32,000 bases of DNA from Tannockella kyphosi (GTDB lineage Bacteria; Bacillota_I; Bacilli_A; Erysipelotrichales; Coprobacillaceae), in NCBI RefSeq assembly GCF_021054785.1, contig NZ_CP088239.1, positions 2,040,001 through 2,072,000 of the forward strand. The letters are read 5' to 3'. The translations under genes were made by a program, and so were the position numbers. Positions 29,647 to 32,000 of the stretch are shown here, piece after piece. Below the pieces are notes generated by a model that did not search any database, was not told where the DNA came from, and saw nothing but the letters and a program-made list of their open reading frames with translations. Position 1 is the stretch's first letter, and each line of letters opens with the position of its first letter.

Positions 29647-29689
29647 TGTTCAATTTTTGTTAAAATGAACGTGGTAAAGGGGTACTGAA

Positions 29690-31075
29690 ATGAAAAAATA
29701 CGCAATCATTATGGCTGCCGGTAAAGGCACGAGAATGAATTCAGAAAAACCAAAGGTTATACATGAAGTATTATACAAGCCAATGATTACTTTAATTATT
29801 GATGAATTAAAGAAATTAGATGTAGATAAAGTATATGTTGTAGTTGGACATAAAGCTAAAGAAGTAGCAGCGGTTTGTGGCAATGAAGGTATAGAATTCG
29901 TATTACAAAGTGAGCAACTTGGAACTGGTCATGCAGTGAAACAAGTGGGGCAACACTTAGCAGGAAAAGAAGGTACTACAATTGTTTTAAATGGGGATGC
30001 ACCTCTAATAACAAAAGAGACATTACAAGCATTAATAGACACTCATGAAAAACAAGGAAACAAAGGAACAATCATGACATGTGATTGTGATTTAGAAACA
30101 AGATTTGGTCGTATTATTAAGGAAGATAACCAAGTAAAAGAGATTGTAGAATTTAAAGACTTACAAGAAGGTCAATATGGTATCAGTGAGATGAATGTTG
30201 GAGAATATTGCTTTGATAATAAATGTTTATTTGAAGCATTAGAATTAGTAGATAACAAGAATGCTCAAAGTGAATACTATTTACCAGATGTCTTTAAAAT
30301 TATGGCAAAACAAGCAATTCAAGTAGGGAGTCATAAAATTGATGACTTACATGAAGTTGGAGGAATTAATGATCGTGTGGAGTTAGCTCTTGCTTCAAAA
30401 GCATTACAAAAACGTATCAATAGAAAACATATGTTAAATGGTGTTGGGATCATTGATCCAGAGAACACATATATTACTAGTGATGTTCAAATTGGTAAAG
30501 AAACAGTTATTGAACCTGGAACAATATTAAAAGGTACTACCGTTATTGGAGAATATTGTCATATTGGTCCTAATTGTGAATTTACAAATGTTATTGTAAA
30601 AGATCATGTAGAGATTAAGTTTAGTGTTTTATCAGATAGTGTGATTGAAAGTGGAACTGATATTGGACCATATGCAAGATTACGAACAAATTGTCATATT
30701 ATGGAAGATGTTCATATAGGAAATTTTGTAGAAATGAAAAACGCTAACTTTGGTAAAGGAAGTAAGTCAGCACACTTAAGTTATATTGGAGATAGTGATG
30801 TAGGAACGAATGTTAATATTGGTTGTGGATCAATCACTGTTAATTATGATGGCAAGAATAAGTCTAAGACAACAATAGGTAATGATGTCTTTATAGGATG
30901 TAATTCAAACTTAGTAGCACCAGTAACAATTGGTGATAATGGGTTTGTGGCAGCAGGATCAACAATTACAAATGATGTTCGTGAGGATGCATTTGCTATT
31001 GCTAGAGCAAGACAAGTAAACAAGGAAGATTACGTTAGTGTATTAGTAGAAAAAAGAAATAATAAGGAAAAATAA
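29690..31075 (+). CDS. glmU: bifunctional UDP-GlcNAc pyrophosphorylase / GlcN-1-P acetyltransferase
   Basis: 461 aa with N-terminal AIIMAAGKGTRM and C-terminal left-handed beta-helix hexapeptide repeats. Confidence 0.95.
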   Translation: MKKYAIIMAAGKGTRMNSEKPKVIHEVLYKPMITLIIDELKKLDVDKVYVVVGHKAKEVAAVCGNEGIEFVLQSEQLGTGHAVKQVGQHLAGKEGTTIVLNGDAPLITKETLQALIDTHEKQGNKGTIMTCDCDLETRFGRIIKEDNQVKEIVEFKDLQEGQYGISEMNVGEYCFDNKCLFEALELVDNKNAQSEYYLPDVFKIMAKQAIQVGSHKIDDLHEVGGINDRVELALASKALQKRINRKHMLNGVGIIDPENTYITSDVQIGKETVIEPGTILKGTTVIGEYCHIGPNCEFTNVIVKDHVEIKFSVLSDSVIESGTDIGPYARLRTNCHIMEDVHIGNFVEMKNANFGKGSKSAHLSYIGDSDVGTNVNIGCGSITVNYDGKNKSKTTIGNDVFIGCNSNLVAPVTIGDNGFVAAGSTITNDVREDAFAIARARQVNKEDYVSVLVEKRNNKEK

Positions 31076-31087
31076 CAGGAGCCAGAG

Positions 31088-32000
31088 ATGAAAAACAAAA
31101 TTACAATTTTCGCATTATCAGCAAGTCAGGAATTAGCAGCAGACATCGCATCTAACTTAGGATGTGAAGTGGGTAAATCTAAAGTTCACCATTTTGCAGA
31201 TGGAGAAATCTTAGTAGAAATCGAAGAATCAGTACGTGGGAAAGATGTATTCATTGTACAATCAACTTCAAATCCAGTAACAAATAACCTAATGGAAGTC
31301 TTAGTATTAGCAGATGCTTTAAAAAGAGCGTCAGCAAAAGAAATTACAGCAATTATTCCTTATTTTGGATATGCTCGTCAAGATCGTAAAGCAAAACCAA
31401 GACAACCAATTACTTCTAAATTAATTGCAAACATTTTAACTGCAGCAGGAATTAATCGTGTTGTAACAGTTGATTTACATGCAGCACAAATTCAAGGATT
31501 CTTTGATATCCCTGTAGATGAAATGCAAGCTTTACCATTATTAGCTAATTATTTCAAACAACAACAATTAGAAAATATTTGTGTAGTATCTCCAGATCAT
31601 GGTGGAGCTACAAGAGCTCGTAAATTAGCAGTAGCATTAGATGCACCGGTTGCAATTATCGACAAACGTCGTCCTAAACCAAATGTAGCTGAAATCATGG
31701 GTATTTTAGGAGATGTTGAAGGAAAACATTGTATTGTTATTGATGATATGATTGATACAGGTGGAACAATAGTGGCTGGTGTAGATATGTTACTTAAAAA
31801 AGGTGCTAAATCTGTACGTATAGCTTGTACTCATGCAGTATTCTCTGGAGCTGCTGTAGAACGTTTAGAAAATTGTAGAGCAGAAGAAATTATTGTAACG
31901 GACACTATTAAATTAGAAGAAGAAAAAATATTCCCTAAATTAAAAATAGTTTCAGTAGCAGGATTATTAGCAAAAACAATTGATAATATTGAAAATTACT
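31088..32000 (+). CDS. prs: ribose-phosphate pyrophosphokinase (3' end beyond window)
   Basis: Hand translation gives MKNKITIFALSASQELAADIASNLG...YFGYARQDRKAKPRQPI...DLHAAQIQGFFDIPVD...IVIDDMIDTGGT, open to the window end. Located after glmU, as in Bacillus. Confidence 0.95.
   Translation, partial: MKNKITIFALSASQELAADIASNLGCEVGKSKVHHFADGEILVEIEESVRGKDVFIVQSTSNPVTNNLMEVLVLADALKRASAKEITAIIPYFGYARQDRKAKPRQPITSKLIANILTAAGINRVVTVDLHAAQIQGFFDIPVDEMQALPLLANYFKQQQLENICVVSPDHGGATRARKLAVALDAPVAIIDKRRPKPNVAEIMGILGDVEGKHCIVIDDMIDTGGTIVAGVDMLLKKGAKSVRIACTHAVFSGAAVERLENCRAEEIIVTDTIKLEEEKIFPKLKIVSVAGLLAKTIDNIENY

Overview
This window is the replication-origin region of a low-GC Bacillota-type chromosome. 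My hand counts of five 120-nt samples gave 22-36% GC. The standard genetic code is in use: TGA acts as a stop codon, including in ATGA start/stop overlaps.

Gene orientation flips at oriC.
- Left arm (minus strand): rpmH-rnpA-yidC-jag-mnmE, then a non-canonical tail of a small 2-TM protein, a membrane-anchored transglutaminase-like protein and a truncated SF2 helicase.
- Right arm (plus strand): dnaA-dnaN-yaaA-recF-gyrB-gyrA-serS-ffs(SRP RNA)-tadA-[lipoprotein + acidic anchored protein]-dnaX-recR-tmk-holB-ricT(yaaT)-yabB-rsmI. The single minus-strand gene on this arm (ECF S-component-like) follows. The arm continues with yggS-mgsA-rnmV-rsmA-yabG-ispE-glmU-prs (truncated).

Two real genes are absent from the supplied ORF track and were found by hand: rpmH (44 aa) and the small SRP RNA. 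The two edge-truncated CDSs (helicase, prs) were also found by hand. I see no rRNA, tRNA, CRISPR array, IS element, prophage or pseudogene.

I do not find a convincing novel multi-gene system; this is mostly core housekeeping DNA. The most noteworthy signals are at the DNA level:
- a bipartite oriC built from the TTATTCACA DnaA-box variant
- a (TAA)5 DnaA-trio-like run next to two abutting boxes in the dnaA-dnaN spacer
- two perfect tandem parS sites plus one degenerate site
- a Noc-binding-site-like palindrome written in rare codons inside gyrB

At the gene level, two features stand out. A pair of uncharacterised paralogous 222-aa lipoproteins mirror-flanks oriC. The usual mnmG-rsmG-noc-parAB block is replaced by accessory-looking genes at the left edge.
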